Part shown: positions 40,861-52,195 of the stretch, piece by piece | Position numbering within the stretch: the first letter of the stretch is position 1 | Layout: each line of letters starts with the position of its first letter | DNA from: Octopus sinensis | Lineage: Eukaryota | Direction of reading: 5' to 3' | Assembly (NCBI RefSeq): GCF_006345805.1 | Contig: NC_043010.1 | Span: 27,342,001-27,406,000, forward strand | DNA: 64,000 nt | Made by a program: the position numbers and the translations under genes | Notes under the pieces: generated by a model | Databases searched by the model: none | Told to the model about the DNA's origin: nothing | What the model saw: the letters and a program-made list of their open reading frames with translations, nothing else

Positions 40861-43733
40861 AAGTTTCAAAGTAGGGTCTCTTCTCATAGAATGCCATTGT
40901 CTTCCATGACAGGAGGAAAATATGCATTGGATACTGTCGTCTTAAGTACAGTAAATCTGAATATTTCTTAAGATGTGATGGTCACGACGGGAACATTTTT
41001 TATTGATAAGTCTGGTTAATTAGTATTGACTGGAAGCTAAAAGGCGACGGCAACGATGACGTCGAAAGTAGCAGCGTTAGCGGCGGCGGTGATGACAATG
41101 ACGGCGGTCACGACGAATCAATAAAATGGAGTGTTAACATGGTTAAACGTCCTGCTTGTAAAACACCTAAATTTCTCTCAAATCACATCCAGCCATCCTT
41201 TAAATTATTTAAGTGGACGCAAAGCGCGTTATGAAGTGAGATGTATTTGGCTGCTATTTCTATTGAGTTCGGAACTGCCGAGAGGTTCCCACATACAAGC
41301 TCGGGATCTCTCGTTAAATCCTTCATAGGTTTTCACTGAATCTATTTCAATCCTATCTTCCGACGCAAATCTAACACAGTAACACGTCTCTAAACGTAAA
41401 ACACAAGGGCTACGAACAAAACGCTGTTAAGTTTCTTTTTTTTATATATTTTGTGTTTGTTACTCTTGCTGTGAATAAATTTGCATTTACATTACATTTG
41501 TTATTCCTTCGGATTACTTGTTACCAAATGTAGACACACATCTAATTCCTCGGATTCGTGATTTTAAATTGATTATATAAATGACCGAATTGATTGAACG
41601 GTGATGTACCAATTGAAAGGTCACTGGTTCTTATCATGTCTGTTGTCAAGACACTTAATTCCCAACTTGCGTGTCATTTCATCACGGGAATCGTCATGGC
41701 AACGCGGAGAATACAGTGAAATGCCTCTCAATTCTGAGAATACTGTTTCACTCAAGAATCGTCTCTACTCCCCCCTTCATGCCGTGTGCATATGCACACG
41801 CACACGTGGTTTGTAATCAGAGCACATAAATAATTAATGTGCGCACACGAAACATAATGTGTACACGAAAGTTTCATTGTTAAAAATCAAAGAATAATTA
41901 ACAGTTTCTAATTTAGGTTGAAGGCCAATAATTTTTCACGGGAGGCGGTTGGTCGAAACCATTGTCTCCAGTACTTAAATGGTATCTTATTTTGTCGATC
42001 CTGAAAGAATAAACGGTAAAGTTGACCTCGGCGGGATTTGAACGCAGAATGTAAAGAACCGGAAAAAATACCGCAAAGCGTTTCTCCCATCACTCTTACT
42101 CTTCTTCCTGTTCACTGCCTTTGATTATGGTTTCTGGTTTAGGCACGGAATCATTTTTAGGGGAGGCAGTATATCGATTACATCGACCCCAGGACCTAAA
42201 TCGTACATTATTTTATCGATCCTGAAAGGCAGCGACCTAGTAGAATCGTTGGCACCCTGGGCGAAATGCTTAGCGGTATTTTGTCTGCCGCTACGTTCTG
42301 AGTTCAACTTCCGCCGAGGTCGACTTTGCCTTTCATCCTTTCGGGGTCGATTAAATAAGTACCAGTTACGCACTGGGGTCGATGTAATCGACTTAATCCC
42401 TTTGTCTGTCCTTGTTTGTCCCCTCTGTGTTTTGCCCCTTGTGGGTAGTAAAGAAGCAGGTATTTTGTCTGTTTTTACGTTCCGAGTTCAAATTCCACCG
42501 AGGTCGACTTTGTCTTTCATCCTTTCGGGGTCAATAAATTAAGTGTCAGTCGCGTACTGGGGTCGATCAAATCGACTGGTCCCCTCCTCCAAAATTTCAG
42601 GCCTTGTTCCTGTAGGAGAAAGGATTATTTTTTCGACTCTGGAACACTGAAAAGCAAGGCTGACCTCGATAGGATTGAACTCAGAACGTAAAGAGTTGAA
42701 ACAAAATGGTTACTGATTTAGGGAGGAGGAAAGCAATCTTGAGAAGTGAGTGTAATTGTGTGGCTGGTACTTATTTTATCGGTCCCGGAAGGAAGAAAAA
42801 CAAAAACTAACTTCGAAGGGAATTGAAACCAGAATGTAAAGATCGGGAAGAAATATCACAAAGCATTGCTCAAACGATTCTTCTGGCTCACCACCTTATA
42901 ATACATACAGTTACAACACCTACTTCTCAGACACTGATAGTCCGGAACTTCTTATCCACACTGATTTACGCGCAGGAACTTCAAATTTCCGCGACCGTCT
43001 GACTAGTTTCACTATACCTTGCATATTACAGTATTAATAAATTTGTATCCCTGAATTAATGCACAGACACCACTATTTCATTTAATTATTGAAGTAAATT
43101 TAATATTTGTTTAATTTAGAGTATGTTAATCAAAGTGCCTACCTTAGTTTTCGAAGAATCAATATTCTAGAAAGTCTTTGAAATGAAAGGTTCTGGAAAA
43201 CTAATGTCGTACCTGGAAGTAATAATTGATTTAATCTTATCTCAACGCCAGCAATTTTGAAAGAAAAAAACAAATCGATACCATGGGCCTCAGTAGCTAA
43301 CTGGTACTTTGTTTTATCGAGCTTGAAACGGCGAAAGACAAAACTGAATAGAGTAATAAAGGATTTACTTCTTGGTTGTGATACTGAAAGAAAGAGCAAT
43401 GACTCATGAAATATGCATGTACACCTCGGAGGCATTTGAACTAAGAACATAGAGAGAGACGAAATGTCGCTAAGCATTTTGCCCGGTGTGGTAACGATTC
43501 TGCTAGCTCGCCACCTTACTTGTTTCAGTCATTGAAATACGGTCATGCTGGGGCACCAACTTGAAATGTTTAGTCATTCAAATTGACCCCATTACTGATA
43601 TTTTTAAAGCCTGATTCTTATCCTGTTGGTCTCTTCCTGCCAAACCACTAAGATATGGGGGTCGTAATTAAACCAACAACGGACGTCAAGCGATTTGGAG
43701 AACAAACACGAACACGCACACATACATATGTAT

Positions 43734-43768
<35 letters not shown>

Positions 43769-45117
43769 CACACATATTTATTTCTTAACTGGCACTCCGT
43801 CGGTTACGACAACGAGTGTTCCAGTTGATCAGATCAACAGAAGAACTTTCTGAGCACTCAACAAACACACGTGTCCTTAAACGTAGTTCTCAGCGAGATT
43901 TCAGTGTGACACAGAATGTGACAAAGCCAGCCTTTTGAATTACAGGTGCAACTCGTTTTTGTCACCTGAGTGGACTGGAGCAACATGAAGTAAAGTCTCT
44001 TGCTGAAGAACGCAACGCATCACCACGAATCGAACTCACGGCCTTAAGATCGCGAGCCGAATACGCATAACCACTAAGTTCCCGTCGACAAAATTCACTC
44101 AGTGGTTATGTCCAGAGCTACAGATGATACTTTATCAAGGTAGTGTACAGTGAAACTGAAACCGTGACCCTGTGGTTGCTAAGCGAACTTGCTAACCACA
44201 CAGCCATGTTTGCATCGCTGTCTGAAAGAAAGAAAACAATAGAATGCTTTTACGGCTGCAGCAGGTTTTTACTCATGAATTATTATTATCTTTTTTTTCA
44301 TCAAAATCGCGTTGAGAACTAAACAACAACATCAACATCAACAATAACAAGTGGCCTTTACGTTGACGCTCAAGCTGCAAGAAATAGCAGCCAAATCGTT
44401 TTCATATCACGGCCTTACCAAGTTAAAAAGGAAAACTCAAAGGTTGTTCTTTGGTGAGCTGGATAATTCCGAAAAGGCAGGATGGTCATAGATGGAATAT
44501 TTTTGATAAGATATCTCTGCTTGGTCAGGCTTGATCAGGCTTGCTCTGAGAGCTGAACAATCACAACCACAACGACAATCAGGAACACAATAAAACGCCC
44601 TCCTTCGCAGCATGAACAACAACAGGCCAGGCGTGGCTATGTGGTAAAAAGCTTGCTCTTTAACCACATGGTTCTGAGTTCAGTCTCACTGCAAGGTACC
44701 TTGAGCAAGTGTCTTCTACAGTAGCTACGTGCCGACTAAAGCCTTGTGAGTGGATGTAGTGGACAAAAATCGAAAGAAGACCAACGTTAATATATATTCA
44801 CACACACATATATATATATATATATCTTACCGTCGTTCTGGTCTAACGACTCCCATGTTTGTTTTAGTTCCGTTTCCTTGTATGTCTCCACTGTCCTGTT
44901 TTTGTTCCCAACTTTGACCCTCCATCGAAGACTCATATTGTCATTCAATGCTCGAAATGAGGAGTAGATAGACAGCCGACAATTGATGAAGAGTTTTATA
45001 TTACTTGTCCTGTTTTCCATTTGTTTCTCTCGTTGTTTGCGTATTCAACTTTGTTTTCGTATTTCATGTTCTTTATTGTTGGTGACGTCCTGTACCCATA
45101 TATGCACACACACACAC

Positions 45118-45168
<51 letters not shown>

Positions 45169-45258
45169 TGAGAGTTCACGAAAAAGACAAAAGACGAAGA
45201 CAGGTGGGGTACAAAACAAACAGATGTATTAGTATAACGCTCAGGAATAGAAAACGTC

Positions 45259-45292
45259 TTTTACGTTTCAAGCCTACGCTCTTCTACAGAAA
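45259..45292 (-). ncRNA. hammerhead-like motif (A6U variant) in short PLE-type fragment 45168-45370
   Basis: UUU-CUGUAGA-A-GAGC-guag-GCUU-GAAA-CG-UA-AAA. Confidence 0.45.
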
Positions 45293-45366
45293 CGGACACA
45301 GAAAAAACAAGGAGAGAAACAAAGAGAGAAAAAAATGTGTGTAGTGGCTAACGATCTATCATGGCG

Positions 45367-45438
<72 letters not shown>

Positions 45439-45444
45439 AAGGAT

Positions 45445-46973
45445 GAAAAGGAACACACGAGTTGATATATATGAAAAAATAAGTCAGGATAGAATATGCT
45501 AAAATAATTTTATAAAGAACATTTCAGTACCGGTTTCAGTTGTTGTGACATTTTCAACTGTAACAATTAAATAATTAAATTTAGAAAAATTAAAAGAAAA
45601 GTTTTTTAAAAGAATATTTGTATAGTGGTCAAATATAAGTGGCATTTTCCTTGTTTCTGCCTGTCTCTGTCTCTCTTGTTTACTCTTGTGTGCTCAAGGT
45701 CGTTGTGAATTCTTGGTAGGGAAGAAGATGAAGGAGGAGGAGGGGAGGAGGGGAGGAAGGATACGAAGAATTTGGGAGTGCCTTGATTGTGGTATTTTGA
45801 ATGGTCAGTGAATGCTAGCAGTTGCTGTTCAATTCATGAAAATATTTCTATTGAAAGTTTTGCTTATACAATTTGCGTAGGTGTTATACTAAAAAGCATT
45901 AGTGATAAAGTTAGGAAGAAGAAGAAGGAAGAAGAAGAAGAGAAGAAGAAGAAGAAGAAGAAGAAGAAGAAGAAGAAGAAGAAGAAAGAAAAGGGAGAAT
46001 ATGAATGAGTGAAAGTAGTGAGGTGTTGGATGACAAAGTTGACACGTTATGGATTATAGCAGTGATTGGGGCTGATTTTTAATGGATTCTTAGGAATATA
46101 ATATTTGCGTGTGTATTTGTGTTATTCTAAGGCCGAGGTGGATATATCGTTTGTCGTAGATGCGTTCAGAAGGGGCCTGTATTTGTAATAAAGAGAGTTT
46201 CTTTACTAATTCGTTGGTTCCAGTTTGTATCGTCCCTGAATTGGTAGAGGGGAAAAATCCTGAAGCTTGGAGTTTTGTTGTTGGCGCAAATATCTATGTG
46301 TTGGCTGAATGCTATTTTTCTATTTTGGGGAATATTTATTTGGGATCTGTGCAGGGCCATTCTTTTACGTAAACTATTTTTTGTTTGGCCTATGTATTGC
46401 TCTTGATACCCAGAGCAGGTTAGTGTGTATATCAAGTTCTCCGAAGCACACGTGAAGTTGCTTTTCACTGTGAAACGTTGTCCCTGTTTGAAGGAGAACT
46501 CTGATCCCTCAATTAGATAATCGCATATCGCACAATTGGGCCTTCCACATTTTTTTACTGTCGGTTTCTATGTTGGTGAGCTTATTCGGGCTTGTGTTAG
46601 GAGACTTTTCATAAATTTGGGCTGTCTCTTGCTTTTTATAATCGTCTGTGTTTGGAGGATTAAGTTCATTCTGTGGTCCTTTTCTAGCAGGGGTATGTTT
46701 TGGAGGATGGTGTCGAAGGCTTCATTGTCGAGAGGGTTGTGTGTGGAGATGTATGGTAAGGCTTTAGGTCGTAAATTTTTCTTTAATTTGGGATGTCTGA
46801 GTTCCTGGATGTTGAATGCATCTGTCAATTAGTGAAGGTGGTTAGTTCCTGGTGATGAGGGTATCTTTTAGTTCATGTAGTCATGTGTCTCTGGTGTTTG
46901 CATTAGAAACTATAGTACATATCCTTTTTGCTAGATTGAAGGGGATATTCATTCTGGTGTGTCTGGGGTGGCA
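45445..46973 (-). mobile_element. 5'-truncated Penelope-like element (RT thumb, Cys linker, GIY-YIG endonuclease, pLTR); Neptune-like
   Basis: CHPRHTRMNIPFNLAKRICTIVS; LPYISTHNP; CGRPNCAIC; FTCASENLIYTLTC..QYIGQTKNSLRKRM..H..KE. Hammerhead-like motif at 45522-45563 (CAG-UUGAAAA...GAAA-CCGG-UA-CUG). Confidence 0.85.
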
Positions 46974-47995
46974 TACATACATATATCTATGTGTGCGTGT
47001 GTGTATGTGTGTGTCTTTGTGTCTATGTTTGTCTCCGACCACCACTTGATAACCGATGTTGCTGTGATTACGTCCACGTAACCTAGCAGTTCGGTGAAAG
47101 TGACCGATAAAGTAAGTACCAAGCTTAAAGATAAATTTTAAAAATAAAGAACTACTGAGGTGTATTTCTTCGACGAAAATTCTCCAAGACGGTGCCCCAG
47201 CATGGCCGTAGTCGAATGACTGAAACAAATAAAAGATAACGCGATATAACAACCAGCACCCCCACCATCACTATAACAAGAACAACAACGACGACAACAA
47301 CAACAAAACCATCAACGTAACAACAACACCAATTGGCACGTGTTCCATTAGTAATTCAGCATTTAAGGCAGAAAAACTATGCAAAACGTGACATTTCTAA
47401 CGGGACACCTGCTCAGGTTTAATTTCCCTCAATCTGCTCGTCTTAATCTTTTCTGGATCGGAAAATTAATTGATGGCGAATTGTAATTGAAAAAAATAGA
47501 GCAGGACTGGGTGGTGGTGGTGGTGAGAGGGGAAGGGATGAATATAGGAATGAGAGAATGAATGGTTAGAGGGAGGTTGAATGAATGAAGGAAGGAACAA
47601 AGGAAGGAAGGAACAATGGAAAAAAGAGATTAAAAGGAAAAATGGATGAGAGAAATAAAGAAAATATGAAAGACGGAATGAAAAAGGAAATAAGATAGAG
47701 AAGAAAGAAAGGAAAAAAGGATGTAATGAGTGAAAGAATGAAGGGAGGAATGGAGGAAGGAAGGAAGGAATAGAGGAAAAAAAGAAAAAGTACAATCAAT
47801 GAATCAATAATTGAAGAAAGAAAGAAAAATAAGGAATGAAAGAAAAAAGAAAAACGTTGGATAGGAAGAAAAAGAAAAGAAAGAACAAAATAATATTAAT
47901 CCCACTTTCGCCTCCTGCTTCTCTTGCTTCTTCTCCCCCTCCTTTTCTTGCTTCTCCTCCTCTCCCTCCTCCTCTAATGTATGGAGGCCCTAAAT

Positions 47996-48226
47996 TAGTG
48001 GTTGTCAATGGGGGCCTATATAACCTTTGGGGGAGGTTGAGGTCCATATAAGATTTTGTCCTTAAAATCTATGGTTATACGAGTAAAATATTTTAAGATT
48101 TTTTTTTCTAGAATTCCTAATAATATTTTGGATTTTTTAAACATTGAACGTCTATGAGGGTCCATCCAAACAAAATAGTAATCTAAAGGGGGGCCATGGG
48201 TAAAAAAAAATGGTTGAGAAACACTG
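47996..48226. mobile_element. hAT-like MITE
   Basis: Ends TAGTGGTTGTCAA and GGTTGAGAAACACTG. Similar to 12629-13265. Confidence 0.6.
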
Positions 48227-48387
48227 ATTTAACCAATTATAATTGGTACTCTGTCGATTACGACGACGAATGTTCTAGTTGATCCAATCAACGGAACGGC
48301 CTGCTCGTGAAATTAACGTGCAAGAGGTTGAGAGCTCCACGTAACCTCAATGTGGTTCTCTGAGGGATTCAGCATATATATATATAT

Positions 48388-48785
48388 AATTTACAAAATG
48401 AGGGCAAGAGAAAAATTCTAATGCCAAATATGCCGAAAAAAAGACAAAAATTGTCAATAACCATTATAATTTATGCGTCTCGAAACAAACCGATAGAAAT
48501 TTCTAAAAAATCCGTTATTACCGTATTGGTCCCAATTTCGGGGTTAATTCATAAGAATTTTCCCCTCGGATTTTTTAGAAATTTCTATCGGTTTGTTTCG
48601 AGACGCATAAATTATAATGGTTATTGACAATCTTTGTCTTTTTTTTCGGCATATTTGGCATTAGAATTTTTCTTTTGCCCTCATTTTGTAAATTATTTAT
48701 AAATTTAACCTTTAAAGGTATTTTTTGATATGCTGGCCAATGATAAAAAATTTTTCCCGAAAAAAAATTTTATCCTACATTAGTT
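48388..48785. mobile_element. PLE-type fragment with ~127-bp inverted repeat in (TA)n
   Basis: Arms 48388-48514 and 48567-48694. The spacer on the minus strand holds a hammerhead 3' half (GGGG..CCCC-GAAA-UUGG-ga-CCAA-UA). Confidence 0.7.
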
Positions 48786-48815
48786 ATATATATATATATA
48801 TTATATATATATATA

Positions 48816-49980
48816 TAAATGAAAGAATGGAGTCGAACGACGATTTTAACAAAATTCCTTTACTCTCGACATATGTTTCGAAGACTACATACTCTTAATT
48901 CCGAAGGAATAAAGGGTGCATTATGCCGCCTTCTCATCAATATAACTTTCAAGCTGGATTGGTCCATATTGTCTGTATCCTTTCCTTTTGATAAGGGCAG
49001 GAAATATTGTGGAGTCTGTAATTCCGAACTATTCTATATCCTTTTCGCCAAGTTCCCCTTGGTAAACACAATAATAGAAAAATCCTATAAGTGCATGCAT
49101 TGGCAGAAGCACACTTTCCACTCATATGAATGATGATTAATATAGATAACCTCTTTGATTTAATAATTTAGTTCCATTTCTACAACACCACCATAGACAA
49201 ATCTTTTTTTACACTCCGTTACATGATGAACTACTACTAAATTTCGTTGGGGTATGTTTCACCTCTGTCTCTCTACCTCTCCCCCTCTCTCTCTATCTCT
49301 ATCATAAGCACAATCAAATACACAGACACAAACCTCACCACTAAATGTATTTGGCATTTGTCCCCCCACACACACAATCACGCACACACACACACACACA
49401 GGCACGAATGCAGTTATATACATACACACACATAGACACTCAAACTCATTAGCAAAAGCAAACAACCACGCATCCCCATACATGCAGCTTGCACTCTGTC
49501 CCGTTCCTATTCTTAGAACTTTCTCCTTCCAACCATTTTTGAACTCTTGAACTTTTTAGAACCTTCTCCATCCAACCTATTTTGACGTCATTGCTTATAA
49601 CGGAATATTTTAAAGAAACACTCATTATTACTGTGGACTTCATGTGGGCAGTCATCTAAAAGTTTTTGTTCGTCATGATGCTGACATAGGTTCCTTGTCT
49701 TTCCTGATGAGAAGGCGGCATAATGCACCCTTTATTCCTTCGGAATTAAGAATATGCAGTCTTCGAAACATATGTCGAGAGTAAAGGAATTTTGTTAAAA
49801 TCGTCGTTCGACTCCATTCTTTCATTTACTTATAGTTAAAAAAAGACACAAATTTCCACACGAAAACACGGGATTTCTGCCCTTGGCATGTAGCTTCAAC
49901 CGTGTTTTCTGACGTGAATTTGCTACCCGGGTATCGGTTAACCGAATTATCCATGCTAGGATAATTCATTCACCTACTTA
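48816..49980 (+). mobile_element. 5'-truncated Penelope-like element with an inverted 5' pLTR piece
   Basis: 48940-49133 encodes LDWSILSVSFPFDKGRKYCGVCNSELFYIL..LVN..KCMH, resembling a PLE endonuclease C-terminus (CxxC..CxH; Naiad-like). 48816-48939 is the reverse complement of 49705-49828. (TA)n on both flanks. Confidence 0.8.
49699..49781 (+). ncRNA. type-I hammerhead ribozyme, canonical core
   Basis: CUUUC-CUGAUGA-GAAGGC(g)GCAUA...UAUGC(a)GUCUUC-GAAA-C-AUAU-GUC-GAGAG. All core nucleotides, a GUC triplet and palindromic ACAUAUGU are present. Confidence 0.85.
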
Positions 49981-50070
49981 ATTATATATATATATATATA
50001 TATATGCATGTGTGTATATATATGTGCATGTATGCATATGTATATGTGTGTGTGTGTGTGTGTGTGGACA

Positions 50071-50460
50071 TGTCAGATCACTCTTAGATTTACCCAGTAC
50101 AAACTGTGGCATGATCGGGCCGTCGGCATCTTAACCGGCACACCCTACCAAGCCTGCTTGGTAAGGAGGACGATTTTCATCGGACACCCTACTGGTTGAT
50201 AAACGAAACCTGACAAAGATCGGATGAACTCAACAGCGTCAACTGTCATCCAATAGCTGGGAGAGAGTGGACCCCTAATCTTCGTTTAGGTATTTCTGTA
50301 TTGAACAAAGAAATTCCTAAAGAACACCCAACTAACAGTGAAGCCGGAGATCTTGTTCTTATTTATTTTTGGAGTACTTGGTTTTGTAGGGGATGGACAT
50401 AGCACTGTTGTGCAAGCTGTTGTTGGCTTTAAATTTCAGTATTGGCATCGCTGACAGCCA
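50071..50460 (+). mobile_element. diverged RTE 5'-UTR-only fragment
   Basis: Aligns by eye to the reverse complement of 19640-19836 (TGTCAG..ACCCAGTACAA..CCAAGC.TGCTTGGT.AGGAGG..CATCCAATA). Confidence 0.7.
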
Positions 50461-51026
50461 TTGCCTTTCAAATCTTGGATAAGATATTTTGTGTGTAGTG
50501 GTCATACTTCCCTACGAATTGAAATATATACCGCGTGTGTATGTATTTGTGTACATATGTATGTATGTATGTATGTATGCATGTATGTATGTATGTATGT
50601 AAGTATGGATGAATGGATGGATGGATGGATGGATGGATGGATGGATTATATCAGTGTGTGAGTGTGTACGCTTGTGGTTTGTACTTGGTGAATTAATCGT
50701 GTGTGTGAGTGTGTGTGTGTGTGTGTGTAGCGGGAGAGTATGCATGTGTATGTGTGTAATTGTGTATGGATATCTATATGTATGTGTATGTCCATATGTA
50801 CGTCTGTGCATATGTATGCCTAGATTGATGAATGAATAGATGGGTGGACGGACGGATGGATGTGCAGTTGTGCATATATATTTGTGCTTTGTGAATTAAT
50901 GCGTGTATAGTGAGTGAAAGAGCATGTGAATGTGTATGTTTATATATATATATATATATATGTTTGTATATTTCTATGTATGTATTTGTGTATGTATGTA
51001 TGTATGTATGTATGTATGTATGTACC

Positions 51027-51539
51027 CACGAGGGGGCACCAAAAAGTAACCGGAACCGTTCGCTGTGGGACAAGCTCGCTGTAGTTTGCCGATCGGTGTC
51101 ATCCACTAGTGTAGTACGCCCACGTGGTGCGTCTTCGTTTTGCAGTGCTTCTCCCTTGTACGTCAATTTTTGCGATGGCTGAAAGGAAGGAACAGCATGC
51201 TTCCATGAAATTCTGATTTCTGCTGAGGAAAACAGTGACCAAAACAGTTGTCATGCTTCAAACAGTATACAAGGAAGCTGCCATGAGCAAAACACGAATG
51301 ATTTACGAATGATTTTCACGCTTTAAGAATGGTTACTTGTCGCTTGAGGACCAACCTCGTTCAGGGCCATTGTCAACCTCCCGAACGAATGAGAATATCA
51401 TGAAAATTCATGAACTGATCTTGAAGGACTGTCACTGAACAATTTACGAACTTGTTGATATGACTGGTGTATCTTGAAGATCCAGCCAACGAATTTTAGG
51501 CGAGGAATTGTGAATAAAAAGAGTTGCAGCAAAATTCGT

Positions 51540-51540
<1 letters not shown>
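51027..51540 (+). mobile_element. mariner 5' relic (TIR plus N-terminal transposase, with stops)
   Basis: TIR-like CACGAGGGGGCACCAAAAAGTAACCGGAA. Frames give TVVMLQTVYKEAAMSKTR, FSRFKNG..SLEDQPRSGP, KRVAAKFV. Confidence 0.85.
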
Positions 51541-51614
<74 letters not shown>

Positions 51615-51616
<2 letters not shown>

Positions 51617-52190
51617 GAGGGTGAATAAATTGCCGTGCATATTACGCAAAGAGGATAGTAACACTGACATCTCATTTTAACAGATATATTTACCAAAATT
51701 ACATAAAAATTTCTTGAAAGACTAAAAAGTAAATTGATTCAATAGAATCGCCATAGGCTTCAACCACGGCCTTCAGACAACTTCGGAATCTCCTGCAACT
51801 CTTCTGAACGGTTTCTTTGTTTAAGTTGGTGAATACTGCCATAATCCTTGCCTTCAGTTCATCTTTGGTGTTACAAGTCGTCTTGTTCCTCTCTCGCTCA
51901 ACTACACCCCACACATCAAAAGGGTTGCAGTCTGGGGAGTTAGGTGGCCAGCTGTTAGGGGTGATGTGGTCGCAGAAATTATCTGACAGCCATGGCTGGA
52001 TTCTCCTGCTTGTGTGGTATGGTGCAGAGTCCTGTTGCCAGACATAAAGACTTCCAGCAGCCACACTCTTGACCCAGAGCAACACTACCTCCTCGACGCA
52101 CTTGATATAGGCCTCGGTGTTGAGTCTGAGGTCGTGTGGGAAGATGATTGGAGGCATAACGTCGCCATCACTAATGATCACTTCAAACAC
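51615..52190 (-). mobile_element. Tc1/mariner maT (DD37D) transposase 3' relic
   Basis: ORF 51699-52190 contains WQQDSAPYH...WPPNSPDCNPFD, with 37 residues between the 2nd and 3rd catalytic D. TIR-like CAGAGGGTG at 51615. Confidence 0.85.
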
Positions 52191-52195
52191 CTACT

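Noticed and set aside
44915-44965. Possible further hammerhead remnants here and at ~15340-15415
   Set aside because: The cores are too degenerate or truncated to support a call.
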